DNA of 64,000 nt from assembly GCA_011364965.1 (NCBI GenBank), contig RDOB01000002.1:256001-320000 (forward strand), in the 5' to 3' direction. The position numbers and the translations under genes were made by a program. The notes under the pieces are model-generated. The model saw only the letters and a program-made list of their open reading frames with translations. It had not been told where the DNA came from and ran no database searches. Below, piece after piece: positions 47,280 to 56,010 of this stretch; within the stretch, counting starts at the first letter, position 1; each line of letters begins with the position of its first letter. Origin of the DNA: Candidatus Heimdallarchaeota archaeon (GTDB lineage Archaea > Asgardarchaeota > Heimdallarchaeia > Hodarchaeales > Hodarchaeaceae).

Positions 47280-49586
47280 TTATGGGGGGCTTCCACCGCT
47301 GAAAATATCAGTTAGTGGTACACCATCCATATCTTCAAAGAATGTTTGAATGATTTCTTGAAATCCTGGGGCGTCAAGGAGATCAAGAATCGCTTCAAGC
47401 GAGGCCATTGTATTTAGAATACCTTGGGCCAATCCTCCTATAGATCCCCCTTCAGGGTCAGGTTCTAGTTCAAATAATGGATTGGGAGTGTAAAGCATAT
47501 TTTTCCAATTCGTTTTTGCCTGACTATCAATATTATCCGCTCCATCTATAGCAAACCATCCTGCAGATGCATTGGCAATACAGAAATTCATATAATCTTT
47601 TGATTTGTTATAATCTGGATCATTCAATAGGAAATTCACAAAATCGGTAGCATTGGATGCAGCTGCATATGATGTAGTATATGATTGATTAAAGAGCGAA
47701 AATCCTTCTGTTAATGCGCTAATTGAAGATACTGTATACCCAAGTCCTGAAATTAGTCCTCCAATTTGAGTAATATTTTGACTAAAAGTAGAAAGCATCG
47801 ATGAAAATTCATTCAACATCGGACGTAAAGAGCCATCGATAATTTCCCCATAGCTTTTAGTTGTCAGGGTTTCACTGAAATCAGTTGCATGAACAATATT
47901 ACCGGCAGCTGCGTTGAAAAGAGTTGATACCTCTGATAAATCAGCTGATAGTGCTCCTAATCCTTCGGAAAGACTAATTAAGTCACTTCCATTGAATTCT
48001 AAAGTATCTAGTGTAATTAAAACGTCTTCCATCTTTGTATAACACTCTGTTCCATTTGCTGCAGCCAACGAAAACCAACTGAGAAGATTAGTCATATCTT
48101 TGAGAATTTCTACTGTTCCCCAAAATGGTAAGGGTGAATTTGGGTCTAAACCAGTGCTATTTATTGCATTTAATGTTGTATTTGCATCTATCAGATCAAT
48201 AGCCGCGCTTACTATCCAGGAATGTGATCCAATGAAGTCACTATCTCCAAGATCTTCAACCGCTAAAGTTGTTTTATAGGTTGCATTTAGAAAATCGATA
48301 GCTCCAGTAGCTATATCAAGGATTATTCCATAACCTACATCAACTTGGTCAATAATTTCAAGAATAAAAGCCATCTCTCCTGAAGTATCTACAATAACTT
48401 CTGCAACAATATCTCTAGCTCCACTAATTGCACTAACGACCCCATCACGAGATTCTTGGAAATAATCAATTGCATCAGATAAGTTTCCTAGTCCTACATT
48501 GAAATTAGGATTATAATCAGCTGAAGGTGCAGAAATAGATCCACCAGATCCACCTCCTAAATCTGAAGTACCTAATACAGAGAATGTCCTATTAAAACCG
48601 TCTACTAAGCTGAAGTAACCTAGGAGTAAATAAGGGATCTCTGAGGAGACATCAGCGAGAACTTCGGAGATATCTAATAGAATTGGCAATTTTTTTAGAT
48701 CAATACCGCCATAGGTGCCTTCGGGAAAGATATATTCCGCAAGAATAGATGTGAGAATAGTAGTGTAAAAATTCCCTTGAACTTGATCGAATTTATATTG
48801 AGATCTTCTGAACCATTCCGTGGCACGTTGAGCCGATAACATTAGCTCTTGCAATACTTCGGGATCACTAAGATCGATTGGTATTCCACCATTTTGTGCT
48901 CCAAGTCCTCCGTCTAAACTTCCACCGAATATTCCCATAAATTCAGCACCTCCCGCAACTAGTGAAATACTACCGTCCACAAGGTTAGCGATTCCATGAT
49001 ATGTGAAAGGTATAAGCAATATTAATAATATAACGAAAATTGCAGCGATAGGTTTACTTATCACAGATATAATGGAAAATTTGCCTTTTTTAGTCCAAAA
49101 TCCTGTAGCTAGCATGGATAGGAAAAATCCGAAAAATAATGCCATAAGCTCTAGGATGAATAGATCAGCAATCATTGCTCCCTGCACGACCTGATCCATC
49201 ATTGCGGCAGATTCTGCTGGAATAAGCCCCGTTTGAGTAATTGATCCCAGAGGCCCAGCTAAAGCAGAAAGCAGCCCAAAGGGATTAGGAATCATATTAT
49301 TTGATAATGTATCTATAAAGAATAGAATAACCCATGAGATTGGAGCTGCAATTACACTTAAAAGGCCTAGAAGCTTTGATCTTGCTAGAATTCCCGTTAA
49401 ACAGAATGCTATAGCAATTATTAATATCTCTAGTTGTAGTAAAAAGGCATTTCTGGCTGATCCTAAAATCCCAAATACGATAGCTACGACAATAGGTGCC
49501 ACAATTGCTGCTAAAAACGCTTGCCATAACGGAAGGGCTTTTACGGTTCGTAAATCATCAGATTCTTCTGGAGACATCATATTCAT
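47280..49586 (-). CDS. Large membrane protein: ~5 N-terminal TMs plus long acidic helical ectodomain
   Basis: Hydrophobic N-terminal ~200 aa, then an A/S/D/L-rich helical region with many N-x-S/T sequons. Confidence 0.75.
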   Translation of the reverse strand: MNMMSPEESDDLRTVKALPLWQAFLAAIVAPIVVAIVFGILGSARNAFLLQLEILIIAIAFCLTGILARSKLLGLLSVIAAPISWVILFFIDTLSNNMIPNPFGLLSALAGPLGSITQTGLIPAESAAMMDQVVQGAMIADLFILELMALFFGFFLSMLATGFWTKKGKFSIISVISKPIAAIFVILLILLIPFTYHGIANLVDGSISLVAGGAEFMGIFGGSLDGGLGAQNGGIPIDLSDPEVLQELMLSAQRATEWFRRSQYKFDQVQGNFYTTILTSILAEYIFPEGTYGGIDLKKLPILLDISEVLADVSSEIPYLLLGYFSLVDGFNRTFSVLGTSDLGGGSGGSISAPSADYNPNFNVGLGNLSDAIDYFQESRDGVVSAISGARDIVAEVIVDTSGEMAFILEIIDQVDVGYGIILDIATGAIDFLNATYKTTLAVEDLGDSDFIGSHSWIVSAAIDLIDANTTLNAINSTGLDPNSPLPFWGTVEILKDMTNLLSWFSLAAANGTECYTKMEDVLITLDTLEFNGSDLISLSEGLGALSADLSEVSTLFNAAAGNIVHATDFSETLTTKSYGEIIDGSLRPMLNEFSSMLSTFSQNITQIGGLISGLGYTVSSISALTEGFSLFNQSYTTSYAAASNATDFVNFLLNDPDYNKSKDYMNFCIANASAGWFAIDGADNIDSQAKTNWKNMLYTPNPLFELEPDPEGGSIGGLAQGILNTMASLEAILDLLDAPGFQEIIQTFFEDMDGVPLTDIFSGGSPP

Positions 49587-49730
49587 TCACGATAAATAAC
49601 TTTTAATTGATATTTACTCTAAGGATAATGAAGGTTGTTATTAAGATTATCCGTATAAAAACAAAAAAATCATCTAGAAGGTACAATTCGATTTTTCAAG
49701 AATAGAGTGAGAAAATTGAGGCTTTAATGA

Positions 49731-51713
49731 TTATGAATGAATTTTTTTGCTAAATTTATCCCAAGTTTCAATTTTAATTCCATATTGTTTAGCTTTTTCT
49801 ATTTTCTTTGATCCAGGTTTTTCTCCTAATACTAATAAATCTAATTTCTTGGTTAAAGGTGCCCATTCATATCCATGACTGGATAGTATATCCTGTAGTT
49901 CTCTTTTGGTCAAGCCTTCAATTTTTCCTGAAACATAAATCGAGATGGAATTTTCATTATTATGTGAAGTAGAAAATTCTGGTTCGGGTTTTATTGGTTT
50001 TTTGGTTGAACTAGGAAGGTATGTTTCTAGTGTAGTTTTCTTTTCCTCCTTTCTTTGAACTCTTTTCCCACTATAGTTTAATTTCAAACCTTTCGATAAA
50101 ACTTGTTCTGCTAAAGAGGAGTCTTGTAGACCTTTGATTATATAATCTGCAGTAATATCTGAAATCCCTTCGATTTTCATTAAATCTTTTGCATCTGCAC
50201 TTTTTAGTGAATTAAAATCCTGAAAATGATGAGCTAGAACCTTAGCCATACGTGTTCCAAGAGAATCTATACCTAATGCTGCAAGAAAAATACTAAAAGG
50301 TAATTCCCGTTTATTTTGGATACTCTCATAGATTTTTGCCCCATTTTTCCCTAAGATATTTACCAGGATGTTTTCACTTAGTTTTTTATCATAAAGATCT
50401 GAAAAATGCCTTACTATACCCTCGTCATAAAGTCTAGCTATATTTTTCACCCCCAATCCCATAATTTCGGTAATTTTAACCCAATGTCGAATTCGTTGGA
50501 TTTCTCGATCACGACAGATAAGTGCTTGACATTTTAAATTTACTCCTACTCTCTCAAGTTTTGAATCACAAGAAGGGCATCGAACAGGAAATGATGGTTC
50601 CAATGCTCCTTTCTCATTAACTTCGATGATTTTGGGGATTACATCTCCAGATCTTACAACGAGGACTTTATCACCTGGAGCGGCATTTAAAGATTCCATA
50701 AATTCTGCGTTATGAAGTGTTGCACGTTTAATTACTGCGCCAGCAATTTCTATGGGTTTGAGCTCTGCTACTGGGGTAATGCTTCCAGTTCGTCCTACTT
50801 GCCAAGTTATTGATTCAATAGAGGTAATATCTCCTTGACTTTCAAACTTTAAAGCGATCATCCACTTTGGATGATGAGCTGTGCTTCCTGCATTGCTTCG
50901 TTCTTTTGCAGCATTATATTTCAGCACCAACCCATCAATTTCAAAATCTAAGGTGTTTCTATCTTCTTCTACTTGTCTGAATATTTCTTTGATTTTTGTT
51001 TCTGTTGGGATTTCAATATAGCCAACAAATGCTGTCTCAAATCCCCATTCATTAAGTATTTGATTTTTTATTTTTAGATCAGCTTCATCATCATATCCAA
51101 TTAATTCAAATGCAAAAAAGTTCAATTTTCGTCTTGTTAATAGCTTTAGGTTTTTTTGTTTCAGAGTTCCCACTGCTAAATTTCTGGGACTATTATAGTC
51201 AAATCCTTCTTCTCGTTTTATCCTTTTAAACTCTGATATCTTCATATATATTTCCCCCCTTATGTTAATTCGTGCTTGAACGGGAACTTTTTTCGGTATC
51301 CTTGGAATTTTCATAACATCTATTGTTACATCATCACCCGCTGTCGCATTTCCTCTCGTTGCCGCTTGAATCAATTTTCCGTCAACATAAATTAAGGAGA
51401 GAGAGAATCCATCTATTTTATATTCAACTAACAGATCCAATCCCTTACTCCATTTTAATACCTCTTCAATATCCCCTGCTTTCTGACACGATAACATTGG
51501 AGTATCATGGATGACTTTTCCTCCTTCTGGTGTTCCAACGATATATAATACTGGATTATCTGGATCAAGTATACGAAGTTTCTCCTCTATAGCATCGTAT
51601 TCGGCATCAGAGATCACTGGTTCCCCATTATAGTACTTTTTCTTATGATAAAGGATATGATCAACAAGCCTCTGAATTTCTGATTCACTAGAGTTCCCCT
51701 GCATTATAATCAA
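49731..51713 (-). CDS. ligA: NAD+-dependent DNA ligase
   Basis: YY.GEPVISDAEYD, PMLS, KIDG, TRG.A..GDDVT, RGE, PRN.A.G, DGLV.K, VGRTG.ITP, ATLHN, Cys4 finger, HhH repeats, C-terminal BRCT. Confidence 0.96.
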   Translation of the reverse strand: MIIMQGNSSESEIQRLVDHILYHKKKYYNGEPVISDAEYDAIEEKLRILDPDNPVLYIVGTPEGGKVIHDTPMLSCQKAGDIEEVLKWSKGLDLLVEYKIDGFSLSLIYVDGKLIQAATRGNATAGDDVTIDVMKIPRIPKKVPVQARINIRGEIYMKISEFKRIKREEGFDYNSPRNLAVGTLKQKNLKLLTRRKLNFFAFELIGYDDEADLKIKNQILNEWGFETAFVGYIEIPTETKIKEIFRQVEEDRNTLDFEIDGLVLKYNAAKERSNAGSTAHHPKWMIALKFESQGDITSIESITWQVGRTGSITPVAELKPIEIAGAVIKRATLHNAEFMESLNAAPGDKVLVVRSGDVIPKIIEVNEKGALEPSFPVRCPSCDSKLERVGVNLKCQALICRDREIQRIRHWVKITEIMGLGVKNIARLYDEGIVRHFSDLYDKKLSENILVNILGKNGAKIYESIQNKRELPFSIFLAALGIDSLGTRMAKVLAHHFQDFNSLKSADAKDLMKIEGISDITADYIIKGLQDSSLAEQVLSKGLKLNYSGKRVQRKEEKKTTLETYLPSSTKKPIKPEPEFSTSHNNENSISIYVSGKIEGLTKRELQDILSSHGYEWAPLTKKLDLLVLGEKPGSKKIEKAKQYGIKIETWDKFSKKIHS

Positions 51714-51860
51714 CTATATGGAAGTGGTTTGATCTCTATCATTCAATAAATGTCAAGTTAAAAAAACTTAGCAGTTATTCAACTTGAAACATACGCGCGG
51801 GGTTTTAAAACTCATGTAGAGAGTCTGAAAAAAAAATCAGAGAAAACGTGATGAAAAGTA

Positions 51861-52700
51861 ATGGAGATCGATTTAATTATTAAAATAGGTGGATCTTGCC
51901 TATCAAACAAGATGCTCTTATACAAGGCATTAAAAGAACCCTCTGAGGAGAATATTAAAGCAGCAGTGAAAATAGATTTAGAAATCATTGACCAAATCGC
52001 AGCTGAGATTGGACAAGTCTACTTTTCAAAGAAAAGAAGAATGATAGTTTTAACAGGAGTTGGGGCTCCTGGACATTTTACAGTTTTAAAATATAATATG
52101 CACAAAGGTGACGATGGAACTTTGGAACAGCATCTGGGACTAGTTGAAGCTCAGATTGCTGTAAATAATCTGCGCCAAGCCAATTTGAAGGCATTTTTAC
52201 ATCACAAAATTCCAGCAGTACAAGTTTATGCCTCAAGTATCTATCAATCTGATAAAATGCGAATCATCGAAAGCTATACAGAAAATTTTGAGAAATTTAT
52301 TGAATTGGGAATAGTACCGATAATTTCAGGTGATATGGTTCCTGATCGGACGATGGGTTATAGTGTCCTCTCTGGGGATCAAATTTTGTTGGACTTAGCT
52401 ACAAAATTTCAGCCTAGAAGGGTGATCTTTGGCTCAGATGTCGATGGATTGTATGATTCTGATCCAAAAATCAATCGGAATGCTAAATTAATTCCAAAAA
52501 TTACACAGGATAATATGGACGGTTATATTGGAGAAATTAAGGGAGACGATGCCTCTGGTCAACTTAAAGGGAAGATTCAGGAAATTAAGAACCTTCTTGA
52601 AGCAGGTTTCAAAGATATAACATTAATGAATTTAACTCAAAAAGGGAGGTTATTAGATGTTTTAGAAGACAAAAATGTTCCAATGAGTAGATTTACTTAA
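51861..52700 (+). CDS. ipk: Isopentenyl phosphate kinase (amino-acid kinase family)
   Basis: IIKIGGS, G.GAPGH (IPK His), VPIISGD, VLSGD, SDVDGLY, DASGQL.GK. Confidence 0.8.
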   Translation: MEIDLIIKIGGSCLSNKMLLYKALKEPSEENIKAAVKIDLEIIDQIAAEIGQVYFSKKRRMIVLTGVGAPGHFTVLKYNMHKGDDGTLEQHLGLVEAQIAVNNLRQANLKAFLHHKIPAVQVYASSIYQSDKMRIIESYTENFEKFIELGIVPIISGDMVPDRTMGYSVLSGDQILLDLATKFQPRRVIFGSDVDGLYDSDPKINRNAKLIPKITQDNMDGYIGEIKGDDASGQLKGKIQEIKNLLEAGFKDITLMNLTQKGRLLDVLEDKNVPMSRFT

Positions 52701-53238
52701 ATTTTCCCTTTTCGTTTAATATTTTAATACATAAGGAGAAATCATCCGATTCTAGCTCTGAGGAAAGCACTGGAAAGGTTTCGAGTTCAGATATATTTGT
52801 CTTTGAAATTATTCCAGTGATAAATAGGGGTTTTTGATTCAGATATCGTTCTCTGAGTTTTTGAAAATCTTCTATCGATTCACAGGTAAAAATTAATGGG
52901 ATAGGGGGAAATTCCGCTGGATAACTCTCACAAACAACCACATCAATGCCAAGGTCACTTTTATTCATTATATCTAATAGTTCATCAAGTTTTTGACGAC
53001 TTTTCTGCCTTTGATAATAAACTGTTTCATATGGAGTTGAAGAAATTACTATTTGCGCTTTACTTTTTCTTAAAAGTGTTGAATCTTTATCAGGGGGTTG
53101 AAGATCAAATTTATGATGACTATATTTAATAATTGCAGCATTTAGACCTTTTTCTGTAAAATAACTTACAATCCGCAGAACTGTAGTAGTTTTACCTGTA
53201 TTTTTATTTCCTACAATACCAAATAACAATTTTGGCAT
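52693..53238 (-). CDS. mobB: Molybdopterin-guanine dinucleotide biosynthesis protein B
   Basis: GNKNTGKTT, IIKYSHH.FD...KDS, DVVVCE. Confidence 0.85.
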   Translation of the reverse strand: MPKLLFGIVGNKNTGKTTTVLRIVSYFTEKGLNAAIIKYSHHKFDLQPPDKDSTLLRKSKAQIVISSTPYETVYYQRQKSRQKLDELLDIMNKSDLGIDVVVCESYPAEFPPIPLIFTCESIEDFQKLRERYLNQKPLFITGIISKTNISELETFPVLSSELESDDFSLCIKILNEKGKFK

Positions 53239-53272
53239 CAGTGATCCTCATAGTAAGTTATTCGTATTTCGA

Positions 53273-53641
53273 TCAAAGAATATAGAAGATGAAATAAATT
53301 AACGCCCCAGAGAATGCAATTAAACCTCCGACTGTTCCACCAATTATTCCAAGGAACGCAGCTATTACAATCCAACTAGTAGTTTTGGAGTCGTGAGGTT
53401 TTTGCATAGTAGTGACAATTAGGACTGCAATTCCACATATAATTGTCACCAAACTCCATAAGAAAGATAAATTCACATCTAAGTTGAAAAAGTTCGTTAA
53501 TAGGAAGGCTGGGGGCGTTTGTTGAGTTAGGAGAGCTTGAATTCCTAATAGTATCATGAAAAGGCCCCCAATTGCTACCAATAAAACCCCAATTAGCGAA
53601 CCATATCTATACCACTTTGATTTATATTTTCGTTTTGGCAA
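53273..53641 (-). CDS. Small membrane protein
   Basis: Three to four Gly-rich TM helices. Confidence 0.7.
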   Translation of the reverse strand: MPKRKYKSKWYRYGSLIGVLLVAIGGLFMILLGIQALLTQQTPPAFLLTNFFNLDVNLSFLWSLVTIICGIAVLIVTTMQKPHDSKTTSWIVIAAFLGIIGGTVGGLIAFSGALIYFIFYIL

Positions 53642-53770
53642 ATGACTGAACCTCGGTAAGATACCTTGTTAGGTGGTATTTGAATCAATTTAAGAATTTT
53701 TTGACATGAATTTGTAACTATTTAGTTTAAAGTTACTTTCAAAAAAACAGGTATAAGAACAAGTGTTGAT

Positions 53771-54220
53771 ATGAAAATTAATAAACGCGACTCTTGGGAA
53801 AATTATTTTATGCGAATTGCACTGGAAGTAGCCACAAGAAGTACCTGTGATCGTAAACATATAGGAGCTGTCATTGTACGAGACCGAACGATTTTATCAA
53901 CTGGTTATAATGGCAGTATAAGAGGATTAGCGCATTGCGATGAAGAGGGGCATATGATGGAAAATGGACATTGTGTAAGAACAGTTCATGCAGAAGCGAA
54001 TGCACTAGCTCAAGCAGCAAAGAATGGGGTTCGTGTGGAAGCAAGTGAGATATATATAACCACATCTCCATGTTGGACGTGTTTTAAATTACTAGCAAAT
54101 TCTGGAATTACCAAGATTTATTACGGTGAATTTTATCGTGATAACCGCATATTCGATGCAGCTAAGGAAGCAAACATTCAACTAGTGCATTTAAGCATTA
54201 AGGATCTTTGCTCAGATTAA
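53771..54220 (+). CDS. dCMP deaminase (ComEB-like)
   Basis: RSTC.R.HIGAVIV, TGYNG, HAEANA, SPCWTC. Confidence 0.93.
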   Translation: MKINKRDSWENYFMRIALEVATRSTCDRKHIGAVIVRDRTILSTGYNGSIRGLAHCDEEGHMMENGHCVRTVHAEANALAQAAKNGVRVEASEIYITTSPCWTCFKLLANSGITKIYYGEFYRDNRIFDAAKEANIQLVHLSIKDLCSD

Positions 54221-54331
54221 TTATTGAAATATTTTTCAAAATAAAAAGAAACCGATGTTAATTTAAGCACTTCTCTCCCCTATAGGAAAAAAAGAGAAGA
54301 AGATTCTGAAAACCGTTATTATATTCTTCCT

Positions 54332-54712
54332 TCATATATTATATCTTTGAAAGAATTGCATACGAGATTTCTTGACTCTTTTTTTTTGTCCCTTCTTCAT
54401 TATCGTTCTACGTTTCGTTGGCTTTAATTTTTGGCTATTCTTTCTGAATGAAAATTTTTTTTGTTTCTTTGGTGAATCAGGTAATTCGGAATAATTTTTG
54501 ATTGGCGTTTTTCTGTTCTTCTTCTCAACAATGATTTCTGAGGATTGAATTTCGGAGTAGGATTTCTCATCTGATTTTGAGGCATACTGCCTTTTTTTCT
54601 TTTCTAAGAGTTTCTTCGTCCGTTCTTTTTCTTCCTCGAAATATTTGGTCGCTATATCAATTTCTGTACGGCCATATTTATTTCTTCTTGAGTGTGCTGT
54701 CATTGTAATCAC
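54332..54712 (-). CDS. Highly basic small orphan protein
   Basis: 40 of 126 residues are K/R (hand count); low-complexity, probably disordered. Confidence 0.65.
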   Translation of the reverse strand: MITMTAHSRRNKYGRTEIDIATKYFEEEKERTKKLLEKKKRQYASKSDEKSYSEIQSSEIIVEKKNRKTPIKNYSELPDSPKKQKKFSFRKNSQKLKPTKRRTIMKKGQKKRVKKSRMQFFQRYNI

Positions 54713-55010
54713 ATGTAACCAAAATCGAGCAAAATTATACTCGATGCCAGTCAGAGAAGCATCACTCGATGCTCTATTCCTGTATGTCTTCGAGGAACTC
54801 GAGGATTGTTTGACTTGTGATAACTATTTGCTTTTGAATCGCTTGGTATCAGATATTTAGTATTACTTGGGTGTACATTGCCCTTTTAATACGATTGTAT
54901 TGAATTCAAAGCCAGATTTTAAGTGTATGTATCCACTTTATCGTATCTCCAAGCTCTTGAAATTGGAATCCCTCAATAAACCAGAGATACTGTTTATTCA
55001 GTATCTCACT
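54713..55010. ncRNA. Candidate structured non-coding RNA / long 5' leader
   Basis: At least seven complementary pairs, including nested long-range helices, in ~290 nt with no credible ORF. See finding. Confidence 0.45.
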
Positions 55011-55124
55011 TAAATTTTTAAGCCTATCTATTTAGATATCTTAAGAAATAATTAGAATTTTTGAGTAATAATACTAAGCTAATCATTGTTCAAAGGTTAA
55101 AAATACATTATTTATGGGATATAT

Positions 55125-55841
55125 ATGCCTCAAATTAACGTAGTTTTCTTTAATGCGGGAGGTACATTAATTCAATTAAAAAATACAACTATTCCCAAAC
55201 TATATTCGCAAATTTTGTCAAAAATTCTAGGAAAACACATACCAGAAGAAGTAATCTATAGATGTTTTCATGAAGCAGATCAATGGGCGAGGTCTCGGAA
55301 GGTTCTTACATTATTCAATGATTTAGAACAACGAAAATATCAAAATGTTTTTTATAGTCACCTAGGTATCACAAAGAGGAAAGAAATTAATAAAATTGAA
55401 CATCTTGTGGCTCAAGATATTAATTATGACTTTGTCCTTGAAACTAACGCGAAGAAGGTATTAAAACAGCTACAGAAAGAGTATAAAATTGGATTAATAT
55501 CGAATTGGGATGAGAATCTGTTTGATATTCTAGAAGATCTTGCTATTGTGGATATATTTGATTCTATTACAATTTCAGGTGATATTGGCTATAATAAGCC
55601 TAGTCAAGAAATTTTTAAATCCGCTCTTTCAGATTTTCCAGATTCGAAGCCTAATTCAACCATTTATATCGGTGATGATTACTATACGGATATCATCCCC
55701 GCGCAAGCAATGCGTATGCATTCTATCCTTTTTGATAAAGGTCCTACGGGTATGCATGGTCATCCATTTCGCTCCGAGATGAAATGTGCTAAGATAAATA
55801 GTCTTGATCAAGTTTATCATACCATTAGTAATATCTTGTAG
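55125..55841 (+). CDS. HAD-superfamily hydrolase (subfamily IA) with non-canonical motif I
   Basis: FFNAGGTL, ISNWD, KP..EIF, YIGDDYYTDI. Confidence 0.88.
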   Translation: MPQINVVFFNAGGTLIQLKNTTIPKLYSQILSKILGKHIPEEVIYRCFHEADQWARSRKVLTLFNDLEQRKYQNVFYSHLGITKRKEINKIEHLVAQDINYDFVLETNAKKVLKQLQKEYKIGLISNWDENLFDILEDLAIVDIFDSITISGDIGYNKPSQEIFKSALSDFPDSKPNSTIYIGDDYYTDIIPAQAMRMHSILFDKGPTGMHGHPFRSEMKCAKINSLDQVYHTISNIL

Positions 55842-56010
55842 TTTCCTATGCTTTTTCCTAGTCATCTTTGGACGATTATCGATTTCCATTGAGGAAACAA
55901 AATTTCTATTCATTCTCATTTTAATAGAAATGATTAAAATAATTCCAATTATTTCTAAAATAGGGATCGTTAATTTAATTATTCATAGATTAGATTGAGG
56001 ATGTTCGAAT

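Noticed and set aside
54713-55010. RNase P RNA, SRP RNA, tRNA or a CRISPR mini-array
   Set aside because: No GAGGAAAGUCC-type P4 motif, SRP helix-8 motif or cloverleaf; the repeats are only 6-9 nt with irregular spacing.
55804-55998. Short hydrophobic ORFs on both strands between the HAD and WD40 genes
   Set aside because: Ile-rich translation is expected from AT-rich DNA; they overlap the HAD gene and have no convincing start.
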